Assembly (NCBI GenBank): GCA_963780755.1
Contig: CAWACX010000001.1
Location: 351,278 to 415,277, forward strand
DNA from: an uncultured Acidobacteriota bacterium
GTDB lineage: Bacteria > Actinomycetota > Acidimicrobiia > Spongiisociales > ZC4RG35
Length of the DNA stretch: 64,000 bases
Direction: 5' to 3'
Positions 8,675-19,310 of the stretch are shown here, in pieces. Numbering within the stretch: the stretch's first letter is position 1; every line of letters starts with the position of its first letter. Both the position numbers and the translations under genes were made by a program. The notes below the pieces were generated by a model, which did no database searches, was not told the DNA's origin, and saw only the letters and a list, made by a program, of their open reading frames with translations.

Positions 8675-10714
8675 ATGAGCACCAACAACCACCTCGAAGA
8701 AGACGACATCAACCAGATCCGAGACGACATAGACCGGGTCGACTCCGAGATCCTCAAGCTGCTGGCCGAGCGCAAGGCATTCAGCCTCCGCATGGCCCGG
8801 GAGAAGGGCCTGCACGCCCGGCCCTCCCGCGACATGTCCCGGGAAGAGGACCTGATCTCGGACCGGATAAGCGCCGGCATGAGCCACGACCTCGACTCGG
8901 GCCTGGTGAACCGGGTTTGGCGGGAGATCATCAACGACTCGGTGCGGGTCCAACAGGAGTTCCTGGGCCGGAGCGAGGCAGCGCCGGACCAGGTCACCGT
9001 GGCCATTCAGGGGATCGATGGCTCCTACAGCCATCTCGCCTCACGCCAGTTCTTCGACGGCAAGGGCTTGACCCCGAACTACGTGAAAGCTCACACCTTC
9101 GCCGATGCGGTCCGCGCAGTGCAGCAGGGAAATGCCGATGTCGCCGTGCTTCCGGTGGAAAACACCACATCTGGTGCCATCTCGGAGGTCTATGACCTGC
9201 TGTTGGACAGTCAGCTCCACTTCGTCGGTGACGTGCGGTTTCGGGTTCGACACTGTCTTCTCGGGGTGGCGGGGGCGTCGATCACCGGCCTTCGCCGGAT
9301 CTACTGCCATCCGCAAGCGGTCACCCAGTGCTCCGAGTTCCTGGCCGGCCTCGACCACTGCGAGATCGTCTACTTCTCCGACACCGCCCTCTCCGGGAAG
9401 GTGATCGGGGAGATGAACGACCCCACGGTGGCCGCGATCGCCAGTGAGGAAGCGGCACGCCTCTACGGGCTCGACATCCTCAAGTCCGGCATCGCCAACC
9501 AGTCAGAGAACTACACCAGGTTCGTCGTGGTCGCTCCCACTCCGATAGACGTGCCCGATGGGGTTCTCTCCAAGACTTCGATAGTGATGGCGGTTGGAAA
9601 CCATCCCGGTGCCTTGATGGACGCGCTGGCAGTGTTCCGGGAGGCGGACATCAACCTGGTGATGCTGGAGTCTCGGCCGATACCGAGCAATCCGAGGGAG
9701 GAGCTGTTTTACCTCGACTTCGACGGCAACCTCTCCGACCCCGCGGTTCAGGCGGTGTTCGATGCCCTCACCAAGCAGGTCCGGTTCCTCAAGGTGCTCG
9801 GCAGCTACCCGTCGCGTGATCTCCGCCCCCGGCCGGTGCGCCGGGAGTCGGAGCGGTTGGAGCCTCAGGGTCTCGAAGCGATCCCAGTGGCAGCAGCGCT
9901 GTCCAGTGGCCCCAAGGGAGTCAAGCTTGGGAGCAGGGTCCACAAGGAGAACAACACCGTCGTCGAGGTCCAGGGTGTGGAGATCGGCGGCGAGCAGATG
10001 GTGGTCATGGCCGGGCCGTGCGCTGTGGAATCGTGGGACCAGGTGATGGCCGCAGCCAAGGGAGTCAAAGAAGCCGGGGGCTCGGTGCTTCGCGGCGGTT
10101 GCTTCAAGCCCCGATCTTCGCCCTATTCCTTCCAGGGCCTGGGCTACGAGGGTCTGGAGATGCTGGTGGAGGCGGGCCGGGCTTACGGGCTCCCGGTGGT
10201 CACCGAGGTCCTCTCGCCGGAGGACGTCGAGGGCATTTCCCGCAAGGCCGACATCCTCCAGGTCGGCGCTCGGAATATGCAGAACTTCTCGCTGCTCAAT
10301 GCGGTAGGACGGGCCCATCGCCCGGTGCTGCTCAAGCGTGGGATGAGCTCGTCAATCGAAGAACTGCTCCAGGCGGCGGAGTACATCCTGGCCGGTGGCA
10401 ACCAGGAGGTGATTCTCTGTGAACGGGGGATTCGCACCTTTGAGACTGCCACCAGGAACACCCTCGATTTGAGCGCGGTCCCGGTGCTGCGCCGTCACAC
10501 CCACCTCCCGATCATCGTCGACCCGTCGCACGCGGCCGGGGACCGTGAGCTCGTGGCGCCGCTGGCCCTCGCGGCGCAGGCGATCGGTGCGGACGGCCTG
10601 ATCATCGAGGTCCATCCCAATCCCGACGAGGCTCTCAGCGATGGGCCGCAGTCACTGCGGCTCGAACAGTTCGGGACGCTGATGGGTGCTCTCGGCTTCA
10701 CACCCGCTCTTTAA
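8675..10714 (+). CDS. pheA: Trifunctional chorismate mutase / prephenate dehydratase (ACT) / DAHP synthase I-beta
   Basis: Aro[20 protein letters not shown]; [25 protein letters not shown]; [49 protein letters not shown]. Confidence 0.93.
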   Translation: MSTNNHLEEDDINQIRDDIDRVDSEILKLLAERKAFSLRMAREKGLHARPSRDMSREEDLISDRISAGMSHDLDSGLVNRVWREIINDSVRVQQEFLGRSEAAPDQVTVAIQGIDGSYSHLASRQFFDGKGLTPNYVKAHTFADAVRAVQQGNADVAVLPVENTTSGAISEVYDLLLDSQLHFVGDVRFRVRHCLLGVAGASITGLRRIYCHPQAVTQCSEFLAGLDHCEIVYFSDTALSGKVIGEMNDPTVAAIASEEAARLYGLDILKSGIANQSENYTRFVVVAPTPIDVPDGVLSKTSIVMAVGNHPGALMDALAVFREADINLVMLESRPIPSNPREELFYLDFDGNLSDPAVQAVFDALTKQVRFLKVLGSYPSRDLRPRPVRRESERLEPQGLEAIPVAAALSSGPKGVKLGSRVHKENNTVVEVQGVEIGGEQMVVMAGPCAVESWDQVMAAAKGVKEAGGSVLRGGCFKPRSSPYSFQGLGYEGLEMLVEAGRAYGLPVVTEVLSPEDVEGISRKADILQVGARNMQNFSLLNAVGRAHRPVLLKRGMSSSIEELLQAAEYILAGGNQEVILCERGIRTFETATRNTLDLSAVPVLRRHTHLPIIVDPSHAAGDRELVAPLALAAQAIGADGLIIEVHPNPDEALSDGPQSLRLEQFGTLMGALGFTPAL

Positions 10715-11328
10715 ACGGATTGGCTTCCGGCGGTGGTCGGGAGCCAGCCCGGCCGTTTCATCTCGTGGCGGGTGATCTCGTCCTCGTGGATGAGGGTGGT
10801 CCCGATCCGGTCCAGGCCGTGGAGGAGGCGGTCCTTGACCGACGGATCGAAGTCGAATCCGGTCTCGAACCCGTCGCCAGTGACCGTCTGTTGCTCGAGA
10901 TCGATGGTGACCGTCGCGTCGGGGTCCTGCGCCATCTCCATCAGTCGACGCACCTCGGCGTCGGGTAGCTCGACGATGAGCAGCCCGATGTTTGCCGAGT
11001 TGTTGCGGAAGATGTCGGCAGTCGAAGGGGCGATGACGGCATCGAATCCCCAGTCCTGAAGGGCCCACGGCGCGTGCTCCCGCGACGAGCCGCACCCAAA
11101 GTTGGAACCGGCGACGAGGACGCGTGCCCCTTCTCGCTCCGGGCGATTGGTTATGAAGTCCTTGATCTCGGACCCATCGTCGTGGTGGGCCCAGTTGTAG
11201 AAGAGGAACTCGCCGTAGCCGTCGCGCTCTATCCGCTTCAGGAATTGCTGGGGGATGATCTGGTCGGTGTCGACGTCAGCTCGGTCCAGGGGGACCATCG
11301 AACCGCGGACCACACGGACCGGCTTCAT
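10711..11328 (-). CDS. leuD: 3-isopropylmalate dehydratase small subunit
   Basis: [24 protein letters not shown]. Confidence 0.96.
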   Translation of the reverse strand: MKPVRVVRGSMVPLDRADVDTDQIIPQQFLKRIERDGYGEFLFYNWAHHDDGSEIKDFITNRPEREGARVLVAGSNFGCGSSREHAPWALQDWGFDAVIAPSTADIFRNNSANIGLLIVELPDAEVRRLMEMAQDPDATVTIDLEQQTVTGDGFETGFDFDPSVKDRLLHGLDRIGTTLIHEDEITRHEMKRPGWLPTTAGSQSV

Positions 11329-12728
11329 GCCTTGCCCCAATCCCTGACATCGACGAAGTGACCGGCAACCGCTGCCGCCGCGGCCATCGCGGGGCTCACC
11401 AGGTGGGTTCTCGCTCCCCGGCCCTGACGCCCCTCGTAGTTGCGGTTCGAGGTCGAGGCCACACGTTCCCCGGAGGGGATCACGTCCGGGTTCATCGCCA
11501 GACAGCTCGAGCAACCCGCATCGCGCCACTCGAAGCCGGCGGCGAGAAACACGGCGTCGAGGCCCTCCGCCTCGGCTTGGGCCTTCACCCGCATCGAGCC
11601 CGGCACCACGACAGCGCTCACTGTCGGAGCGACCTGGCGCCCTTCCACGACCTTGGCGGCAGCTCTCAGGTCCTCGATTCGGCCGTTGGTGCAGGAGCCA
11701 AGGAACACATGGTCGATGGTGATCTCACGGATCGCGGTGCCCGGCTCCAGTCCCATGTACTCCAGAGCGCGGGCGGTGGCGTCACGCTGCAGTGGGTCAT
11801 CGAAGCTGTCGGGTGATGGAACATGACCATCGACCGTTGTGGTCTGGGCCGGATTGACACCCCAACTGACGTGGGGCACGAGTGCAGAGGCGTCGATCTC
11901 GACGACCTTGTCGAAGACCGCGTCGGGGTCGGTGACTAGGGAGCTCCATTCATCGACCGCTTCATTCCATTTCTGGCCGGTCGGAGCGAATGGCCGACCC
12001 TCGATGAAGGTCAGAGTGGTGTCGTCGGGTGCGATCATCCCGGCCCTCGCCCCGCCTTCGATCGACATGTTGCAGATGGTCATCCTCTGCTCCATGGAGA
12101 GCATTCTGATGGCCTCCCCCCGATACTCGACCACGTGACGGGTGCCACCGGCGACTCCGATCTGGGCGATGATTCCCAGGATCAAGTCCTTGGCTGCGAC
12201 CCCCAGGGGTATGGCGCCGCTGACTTCGACGGCCATGGAGAGCGGTGTCGACTGCCACAACGTCTGGGTCGCCAGGACGTGCTCGACTTCGGAGGTCCCG
12301 ATGCCAAACGCCAGCGCCCCGAAAGCCCCGTGGGTCGAGGTGTGGCTGTCCCCGCAAACAATGAGCATCCCGGGTTGGGTCAGGCCTTGTTCCGGGCCCA
12401 CCACGTGGACGATCCCCTGTCGGGGGTCGTCGATCCCGTACATCGGGATCCCGTGCCGGGCGCAGTTGTCGCGAAGGGCTTCCACCTGGCGCTTTGACAT
12501 CGGGTCCAGGATCCCGAGGTGGCGGCCAGTGGTGGGAATGCCGTGATCGACTGTGGCGAACGTGAGGTCGGGGCGGCGCACTTTCCTGCCGGCCTGGGCC
12601 AGGCTCGAGAACGCCTGAGGAGAGGTCACTTCGTGGACCAGGTGCATGTCTGCGAACAGCAACGCCGGGTCGCCGGGGACAACGACATGGGTTTCCCAGA
12701 CCTTCTCGAAGAGAGTCTTCGCCGTCAT
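11325..12728 (-). CDS. leuC: 3-isopropylmalate dehydratase large subunit
   Basis: [53 protein letters not shown]. Confidence 0.97.
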   Translation of the reverse strand: MTAKTLFEKVWETHVVVPGDPALLFADMHLVHEVTSPQAFSSLAQAGRKVRRPDLTFATVDHGIPTTGRHLGILDPMSKRQVEALRDNCARHGIPMYGIDDPRQGIVHVVGPEQGLTQPGMLIVCGDSHTSTHGAFGALAFGIGTSEVEHVLATQTLWQSTPLSMAVEVSGAIPLGVAAKDLILGIIAQIGVAGGTRHVVEYRGEAIRMLSMEQRMTICNMSIEGGARAGMIAPDDTTLTFIEGRPFAPTGQKWNEAVDEWSSLVTDPDAVFDKVVEIDASALVPHVSWGVNPAQTTTVDGHVPSPDSFDDPLQRDATARALEYMGLEPGTAIREITIDHVFLGSCTNGRIEDLRAAAKVVEGRQVAPTVSAVVVPGSMRVKAQAEAEGLDAVFLAAGFEWRDAGCSSCLAMNPDVIPSGERVASTSNRNYEGRQGRGARTHLVSPAMAAAAAVAGHFVDVRDWGKA

Positions 12729-13804
12729 GGGGTCGCCTCTAGTGGCACCGGACCGCTGACCAATGCGATCACCTGATCACCTACCTCGGATGTCGAGGCC
12801 TCCATCTTTCCCGCCCGCAGAGAAGGGAGGGACCCGGCGACGGACCCAACCGCTTGCTCCACAGCGCTGGCAGCATCGTGCTCACCGACGTGGTCGAGCA
12901 GCATCCCGGCGGCGCCGATGGCGGCGAGTGGGTTGATCTGACCGGTCCCTTCGAAACCGGGGGCGGTTCCGCCAATGGGCTCGAACATCGACACACCGTG
13001 TGGGTTGAGGTTGGCCCCCGAGGCTATGCCCATCCCACCCTGAATGGCGGCGGCGAGGTCGGTGATGATGTCGCCAAACATGTTGTCGGTGACGATGACA
13101 TCGAAGCGACCGGGATCTTCGACCATCCACAGGCAGGTGGCATCGACATGGGCGTAGCCCGTCGACACGTCGGGGTACTCGGTAGCGACCTCGGCGAACA
13201 CCCGGGCCCAAAGGTCCCAGGCATAGGTGAGGACGTTGGTCTTCCCGCAGAGGGTGAGGTGGCGCCGGGGCCGGGTGCGGGCGAGGTCGAAGGCGTAACG
13301 GATGCAGCGCTCCACCCCGAAGCGGCTGTTCACCGACTGCTGGACCGCGACTTCGAACGGCGAGCCCTTGGCGGTGAACTCGCCGGCACCGACGTACAGG
13401 CCCTCGCTGTTCTCCCTGACCACGATGAAGTCGACATCGGAGGGCTCGATGTCGCGGAGCGGGCTCCGAACTCCCGGGTGCAATTTGACGGGGCGCAGGT
13501 TGATATAGAGGTCGAGCTCGCGCCGCAGGCGTAGCAGGATGTCCTGTTCGAGGATGCCCGGTGGGACCTGGGGATGCCCGATTGCACCAAACAGGATTGC
13601 ATCCACCGAGGAGAGCGCCTCCAGGTCCGCTCCGGTAAGGGTGTCACCCGAGCGCAGGTAACGGCTGCCTCCGATGTCGTGGTGGGTGTATTCGACTTCG
13701 AAATCGAACACGGCAGAGGCGTGGTCGATGACCTTGACGGCCTCGGCGACCACTTCAGGCCCGGTCCCGTCACCGGGAATGACTGCGATGCGATGTGCCG
13801 TCAT
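12725..13804 (-). CDS. leuB: 3-isopropylmalate dehydrogenase (type 2)
   Basis: [35 protein letters not shown]; in leu operon. Confidence 0.93.
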   Translation of the reverse strand: MTAHRIAVIPGDGTGPEVVAEAVKVIDHASAVFDFEVEYTHHDIGGSRYLRSGDTLTGADLEALSSVDAILFGAIGHPQVPPGILEQDILLRLRRELDLYINLRPVKLHPGVRSPLRDIEPSDVDFIVVRENSEGLYVGAGEFTAKGSPFEVAVQQSVNSRFGVERCIRYAFDLARTRPRRHLTLCGKTNVLTYAWDLWARVFAEVATEYPDVSTGYAHVDATCLWMVEDPGRFDVIVTDNMFGDIITDLAAAIQGGMGIASGANLNPHGVSMFEPIGGTAPGFEGTGQINPLAAIGAAGMLLDHVGEHDAASAVEQAVGSVAGSLPSLRAGKMEASTSEVGDQVIALVSGPVPLEATP

Positions 13805-13820
13805 CCTGGCGACGGTCGGG

Positions 13821-14330
13821 TCACGATGCGACCCCGGCGGTCGCCGTGGATGGGCTGAGCTCGGACTCGCGCCTCATGGCGATGCGCCCCGACTTCACGA
13901 GGTCGAGGACCCCATATCCCGACATGTGGTCGAGAAAGGTGCTGAGGTGGGCAGGGCTTCCCGCGACCTCGAATGTTATGGAACCGGTCCCGAGGTCGAT
14001 CACTTTCGCGTCGAAGAGAGAGGCGGTGTCACGGACTTCCCCACGATTCGACGCCTCGCAGCGGATCCGGGCGATCATCACCTCTCGTTCCAACGAGGCG
14101 CCTGCTTCGAGCTCTTGGACCTTGATCACGTTGACCAGCTTGTTCAGTTGCTTGGTCAGTTGCTCCAACTCGGGGGCGTCGACGACCAAGGTGATTCGGG
14201 ACCTCCCTTCGACGTGGGTGGGGCCGACCGCAAGGGAATGGATGTTGAAGCCGCGATTGGAGAACATGGCCGAGACTCGGGCCAGGACCCCGGGCTTGTT
14301 CTCGACCAGCACCGTCAAGGTGTGCTGCAT
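13821..14330 (-). CDS. ilvN: Acetolactate synthase small subunit
   Basis: LVENKPGVLARVSAMF..RGFNIHSLAVG, EQLTKQLNKLVNV. Confidence 0.96.
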   Translation of the reverse strand: MQHTLTVLVENKPGVLARVSAMFSNRGFNIHSLAVGPTHVEGRSRITLVVDAPELEQLTKQLNKLVNVIKVQELEAGASLEREVMIARIRCEASNRGEVRDTASLFDAKVIDLGTGSITFEVAGSPAHLSTFLDHMSGYGVLDLVKSGRIAMRRESELSPSTATAGVAS

Positions 14331-16048
14331 CAGAGGTCGTCCCGGCTCATCACGATCCGATCGTTGGATCCGCCGGCGGGGACCATTGGGAAGCACATCT
14401 CCTCGGTGTCGACCACGACTTCGAGCACCACGGGACGGTCGTTCACCGAGAGCGACTTCTCGATCGCGGGATCGACCTCGGAGGGATGATCGACCCGGAG
14501 GCCGACGCAGCCCATTGCCTCGGCGAGCATCGGGTAGTCGGGAGTGTGTGTCGTCAGATCGACGGCCGACAGTCGGCCACCGTAGAACAAGTTCTGCCAC
14601 TGCTTGACCATCCCGTATCCGCCGTTGTTGAACACGGCGATCTTCACCGGGATGTTCTCGGTGGACGCGGTGATCAACTCCTGGCAGGTCATCTGGAAGC
14701 ACCCGTCGCCGTCCAGCGCGTAGACCAGGTCATCGGGGCGAGCCGCCTTGGCGCCGATCGCCGCCGGCACGGCAAACCCCATGGTCCCCAGCCCACCGGA
14801 GTTGATCCAGGAACGAGGCTCTTCGAACCCCCAGAACTGGGAGGCCCACATCTGGTGCTGGCCCACACCGGCTGCAACCACGGCCTGGCCACCGGTGGCG
14901 GCGTGGAGGCGCTCGATGAAGTATTGGACCTTGATCGGGCCGTCCGGCTCCTGGTCGTATGCCAGCGGGTGGCTTTGCTTCCAGCTCCCGATCTGGCCGA
15001 GCCACTCGGCACGCGGCGGTGCTTGGGCCAGGTCTCTGCGTGCGGAGAGCTCCTCGATGAAATGGGTGAGCACCCATCGAGCGTCACCCACGATCGGGAC
15101 GTCCGCCTGGCGGACCTTGCCGATCTCCGCGGGGTCTACGTCGACGTGGATGATCTTGGCCGCAGGGGCGAAAGCCGCCGGATCGCCGGTGACCCGGTCA
15201 TCGAAGCGGGCTCCGAGACTGATAAGCACATCTGACTTCTGGATGGCGGTGGTCGCCGTGTATAGGCCGTGCATCCCGGGCATGCCCAACGCCAGGGGAT
15301 GGGTGTCGGGGAAAGCGCCACGAGCCATGAGAGTGGTGACGACAGGGACATTGGCCGCTTCGGCAAAGGCGAGCAGTTCGGGAGCGGCCCCGGCCTTGAT
15401 CACCCCACCCCCGACGTAGAGCACCGGTCGCTCGGCAGACTCGATCAGGTCGATCGCCGCCCTGATCTGGATGGGGTGGCCCTTCACCGTCGGCTTGTAA
15501 CCGGGGAGCTTGGTGTCGACCGGCTCGTGCCAGGTGGTTGCCTGGTTGAGGATGTCCTTGGGGAGGTCGACGAGGACGGGCCCGGGTCGCCCGGTGGAAG
15601 CGATGTGGAACGCCTGGTGAATGATGTCCGGGATCTCGTCGGCGTGGGTCACCAGATACGAATGCTTGGTGCAGTGCATGGCGAGGCCTGTGGTGTAGGC
15701 CTCCTGGAATGCGTCGGAGCCAATCGCCGTGGTCGGGACCTGGCCGGTGATGGCGACCAAGGGTGTCGAGTCCATCAGGGCGTTCTGCAACGGCGTTATC
15801 AGGTTGGTGGCGCCAGGCCCGGAGGTGGCCATGACGACGCCGACCCGCCCGCTGGCCTGGGCAAAGCCTTCCGCCATGTGCCCCGCACCCTGCTCGTGAC
15901 GGGCCAGGACGTGGCGGATCGGGCTATCGACCAAGGGGTCGTAGGCAGGGAGGATCGCCCCGCCGGGCACACCGAAGATCAGATCCACACCCTCGTGCTC
16001 GAGGCTGCGGAGCAGTGAATTGGACCCGGTGTATGTCTTTTCGCTCAT
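14330..16048 (-). CDS. ilvB: Acetolactate synthase large subunit
   Basis: RHEQGAGHMA, TSGPGATN, GMHG, RFDDRVTG, GQHQMW, GDGCFQM..NNG TPP motif. Confidence 0.97.
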   Translation of the reverse strand: MSEKTYTGSNSLLRSLEHEGVDLIFGVPGGAILPAYDPLVDSPIRHVLARHEQGAGHMAEGFAQASGRVGVVMATSGPGATNLITPLQNALMDSTPLVAITGQVPTTAIGSDAFQEAYTTGLAMHCTKHSYLVTHADEIPDIIHQAFHIASTGRPGPVLVDLPKDILNQATTWHEPVDTKLPGYKPTVKGHPIQIRAAIDLIESAERPVLYVGGGVIKAGAAPELLAFAEAANVPVVTTLMARGAFPDTHPLALGMPGMHGLYTATTAIQKSDVLISLGARFDDRVTGDPAAFAPAAKIIHVDVDPAEIGKVRQADVPIVGDARWVLTHFIEELSARRDLAQAPPRAEWLGQIGSWKQSHPLAYDQEPDGPIKVQYFIERLHAATGGQAVVAAGVGQHQMWASQFWGFEEPRSWINSGGLGTMGFAVPAAIGAKAARPDDLVYALDGDGCFQMTCQELITASTENIPVKIAVFNNGGYGMVKQWQNLFYGGRLSAVDLTTHTPDYPMLAEAMGCVGLRVDHPSEVDPAIEKSLSVNDRPVVLEVVVDTEEMCFPMVPAGGSNDRIVMSRDDL

Positions 16049-16058
16049 GAAATTCAAC

Positions 16059-16082
16059 AAAAAACCCTCCGGGCGGGAGGGT
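16059..16082 (-). terminator. Attenuator terminator upstream of ilvB
   Basis: Minus strand ACCCTCC-CGCCC-GGAGGGT followed by a T run, between leader ORF and ilvB start. Confidence 0.85.
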
Positions 16083-16108
16083 CGAGCGCACGCGGTGGAC
16101 AGCGCGCG

Positions 16109-16153
16109 CTACTCGATAAGGCTCAATACGTCGGCGGCGAAGTCCTGCTTCAT
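16109..16153 (-). CDS. ilv leader peptide MKQDFAADVLSLIE
   Basis: 14-codon ORF ending in Val-Leu-Ser-Leu-Ile (GTA TTG AGC CTT ATC), then terminator; TTGACA at 16191-16186. Confidence 0.8.
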   Translation of the reverse strand: MKQDFAADVLSLIE

Positions 16154-16240
16154 TGTCGTTCGAGTAAACACCCTGCTCAGCGGGATGTCAAGGTCACTTT
16201 AAGGGATCGGTGCCCTCCATCTCCCGCTTGAGCAGGTTGA

Positions 16241-17107
16241 ATGCCGGCCATGTTCGGAGTGGCGGAGCTCGGTGGCACCAAGGCCCTGGTTGGGTTCGGG
16301 GATCGGACCGGGGCGCTCTCCGATGTGGCGCGGGTCCCGACCACCAGCCCAACGGAGACCATGTCCCGGGTAATCGCCCATCTGGGCAGCCGGGACGACC
16401 TGACTGCGATCGGAATCGCCAGCTTCGGCCCGCTCGAATTGCGTGAGCATCACGACGAATTTGGTCACATCACCAACACCACCAAGCCCGGCTGGTCCCA
16501 GATCTCGGTGCTGGAGCAAGTCCAGGAGGCCTTCGACCTCCCCATCGGGCTGGACACCGACGTCAACGGAGCCGCGCTCGGGGAAGGTCGGTGGGGTGCG
16601 GCCCGCGGGCTCGAGGACTTCGTGTACCTGACGGTGGGAACCGGGATCGGTGGCGGCGCGGTGTCCGGAGGGCGCCTGGTTCGGGGCCTGTCCCATCCCG
16701 AGATGGGTCACGTCGTGGTCGAGCGGCGCGCCGGTGACCCATTCGAAGGGGTTTGTGACTATCACGGTGACTGTCTGGAGGGCATGGCCAGCGGTCCGGC
16801 GCTCGAGGCCAGGTTCGGGGAGAGCTCGGGGCATGACGCGGAGGAGGTGGTCGAGTTGGCGGCGTTCTACCTGGCACAGGGGATCAGAGACATCGTGTAC
16901 ATCCTGTCCCCGCAGCGGGTGGTGGTCGGCGGTGGGGTGGCGAGTCTCGCTGGGCTGGTCCCAACCATCGAGCGCCACCTCGCTTCACGCCTGGGCTCGT
17001 ATCCGGGCCTCGCCGAGCACGGCGCCGGATTCGTGGTCCCTGCCGGTCTGGGGGACCGGTCCGGCCTGGCTGGGGCGCTGATTCTCGCCGAGAATGCGCA
17101 GTCCTGA
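16241..17107 (+). CDS. ROK family sugar kinase (fructokinase-like)
   Basis: ELGGTK, SFGPL, DTDVNGAALGE, TVGTGIGGG, HPEMGH, C.YHGDCLEG. Confidence 0.9.
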   Translation: MPAMFGVAELGGTKALVGFGDRTGALSDVARVPTTSPTETMSRVIAHLGSRDDLTAIGIASFGPLELREHHDEFGHITNTTKPGWSQISVLEQVQEAFDLPIGLDTDVNGAALGEGRWGAARGLEDFVYLTVGTGIGGGAVSGGRLVRGLSHPEMGHVVVERRAGDPFEGVCDYHGDCLEGMASGPALEARFGESSGHDAEEVVELAAFYLAQGIRDIVYILSPQRVVVGGGVASLAGLVPTIERHLASRLGSYPGLAEHGAGFVVPAGLGDRSGLAGALILAENAQS

Positions 17108-18303
17108 TGGGCACTCCACATCTCCAGATCCGGCCTGGCAACCCCGATTTCCTCGATCTTCCCTGGGAGCACCCCCTCGACGACTGGGCCGTGGAGCGCA
17201 TCGTCGAGATGCCATCCGGGATTCACCGTCACCCGGTGCGGTTCGTGGCGTACGACGAAGGGGTCTACGCCATAAAGGAGCTACCCCGACGGCCGGCACG
17301 GTCCGAGTTCGCAGTGCTGCGGGCTCTCGAGGACCAGACCAAGCTGGCGGCGAATCCTGCGGGCCTGGTGTCCAGAGCCTGGCTCGACGAGCGATCCGAG
17401 CAGGCAGCCGCCGTCATCACCCGATTCGTCGATCATTCATTTCCCTACCGGAACCTGGTGAGCGGGCCCGGATTCGGGCGGCGCCGCGCCCAGTTGCTGG
17501 ACGCCATGGCCGGGCTCCTGGTCGACCTTCACCTCGCTGGCTGCTACTGGGGCGACTGTTCGCTCTCCAATGTCCTGTATCGATACGACGCGGGGGCGAT
17601 CGAGGCCATCATGATCGACGCCGAGACCTCCGAGCTCCACCCCTCACTGTCGGACGGGCAGCGTGCTCACGACCTGGGGATCATGAGGGAGAATCTGGCT
17701 GGGGAGATGGCCGACATCGCGGCTGAGCACGGTATCGAGATGGAAGATGCCGACCTCTCTCTGGGGGACGATGTCGAGAGGCGGTACCAGGGCCTGTGGG
17801 CCGAGCTGAACGACGACCTGATCGTGTCGACCACTGAGCGCTATCAGATACGAGAGCGGATCGCCCGGCTCAACGAGCTCGGTTTCTCGGTCGACGACGT
17901 GAACCTGGCGCCGGTGGGAGGCAGCGACCTGGTGAGGATGAGGGCCCGGGTCGGGGGCAGGACCTTCCACAGTCAACGGCTGCGAGAGCTGACCGGGATC
18001 GAGGCCTCCGAGAACCAGGCCCGGCACATCCTCAGTGACTTGAACTACTACATCGCCAAGTCGGGTCGGACCTCGGCGACCGGCAAGACGGTGTCCGTGA
18101 TGGCCTGGCTCACCTCCTGCTACGAGCCATTGGTAGCCCGGATCGGTGAATCGTGGGATGGGGACCCGATCCAGGGGCTCTGTGACCTCCTCCAGTTTCG
18201 ACTGGGCGTGGCCGGCGTCCGGGGGGCGGATGTCCCCAACGATGAGGCGTTCCAACTCTGGGCCGAGGCCGGCTATCCCGGGTTCGACCTGGCCGATTCC
18301 TAG
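17107..18303 (+). CDS. DUF4032 domain protein (kinase-like fold)
   Basis: LDLPW..PL, GIHRHPVRF, YWGDCSLSN, DAETSELH, RIARLNELGF. Confidence 0.85.
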   Translation: MGTPHLQIRPGNPDFLDLPWEHPLDDWAVERIVEMPSGIHRHPVRFVAYDEGVYAIKELPRRPARSEFAVLRALEDQTKLAANPAGLVSRAWLDERSEQAAAVITRFVDHSFPYRNLVSGPGFGRRRAQLLDAMAGLLVDLHLAGCYWGDCSLSNVLYRYDAGAIEAIMIDAETSELHPSLSDGQRAHDLGIMRENLAGEMADIAAEHGIEMEDADLSLGDDVERRYQGLWAELNDDLIVSTTERYQIRERIARLNELGFSVDDVNLAPVGGSDLVRMRARVGGRTFHSQRLRELTGIEASENQARHILSDLNYYIAKSGRTSATGKTVSVMAWLTSCYEPLVARIGESWDGDPIQGLCDLLQFRLGVAGVRGADVPNDEAFQLWAEAGYPGFDLADS

Positions 18304-19310
18304 GTGGTCCTGGTCACCTTGCTCAGGCCGCGGGGACGGTCAGGGTCGAGACCTCGGGCCACGGTCAGCCGGTGGGAGAAGACCTGAGCGGCGACGATCG
18401 CCGGTATCGGGGTCAGCCATTCCTCCAGCCCTTCCGGGATCGGGATCGATGACCCATTCGTGTCCCGGAGATCGGAGATGGTCAGGACCTGCGCTCCCAT
18501 GGCTGCTGCCTGTTCCAGGGCGGCGACCTGTTCGTCGTAGGTCGGTCCCTGGACGGTGATTGCCAACACCGGATAGCCGGGCTCGATGACCGCGATCGGC
18601 CCGTGCAGGAAGTCCGCAGTGGAGAAGGGCTGTGCTACCACGTAGGTGAGCTCCTGGAGCTTCAGCGCCCATTCGAAAGCGGTGGCGTGGTTGTAACCCC
18701 TGCCCAGGACAGCGCAGTGCTCCATGTCGGCGAGGGAGGTGGCAGCCGTCTCGGCGACGCCCTCATTGTCCAGCACCGCGGCCACCGCGGCGGGGATCGG
18801 GGAGAGAGAGTTGCCCCCACCGCTGATGGCGTCGGATATGAGACCGATCACTGCCAGCTCTGCGGTGTAGGTCTTGGTGGCTGCCACGGCTCGCTCCTCG
18901 CCGGCCATGAGGTCGACGACGACGTCCGCATTTGCGGCCAAAGGGGAGTTGGGCTCATTGGTGATTGCCACAGTGGGCCGCCCCTGCTCCCGCCCTTCCT
19001 CCAAGACCGCCACGATGTCGGGCGACTGACCGCTCTGGGAAATCCCCACCACCAAGGCATCGGTGAGGAGCGGCGGTCGGTCGTACAACGAGAAGAGCGA
19101 GGGTGTGGTCAGTCCCACCGATAGCTGATTCCGGGTGCCCCACACGTATTGGGCATATCGAGCCGCGTTGTCCGAGGTCCCCCGGGCGGCGACCACGCTG
19201 TGGGTGCACTCCGACGCCAGGCCGGCCACCCTCTGCGCGGGCTCGACGTTGCCCTCGATGACCCGCTCCAGAACCTGTGGCTGCTCACGGATCTCGTCGA
19301 TCAGGCCCAT
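18300..19310 (-). CDS. SIS-domain sugar-phosphate isomerase / glucosamine-6-P deaminase (GlmS-isomerase-like)
   Basis: EIREQP, ARGTSDNA, ISQSGQSPD, AVAATKTY, EWALKLQE, HGP, DRPRGLSKVT. Confidence 0.9.
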   Translation of the reverse strand: MGLIDEIREQPQVLERVIEGNVEPAQRVAGLASECTHSVVAARGTSDNAARYAQYVWGTRNQLSVGLTTPSLFSLYDRPPLLTDALVVGISQSGQSPDIVAVLEEGREQGRPTVAITNEPNSPLAANADVVVDLMAGEERAVAATKTYTAELAVIGLISDAISGGGNSLSPIPAAVAAVLDNEGVAETAATSLADMEHCAVLGRGYNHATAFEWALKLQELTYVVAQPFSTADFLHGPIAVIEPGYPVLAITVQGPTYDEQVAALEQAAAMGAQVLTISDLRDTNGSSIPIPEGLEEWLTPIPAIVAAQVFSHRLTVARGLDPDRPRGLSKVTRTT

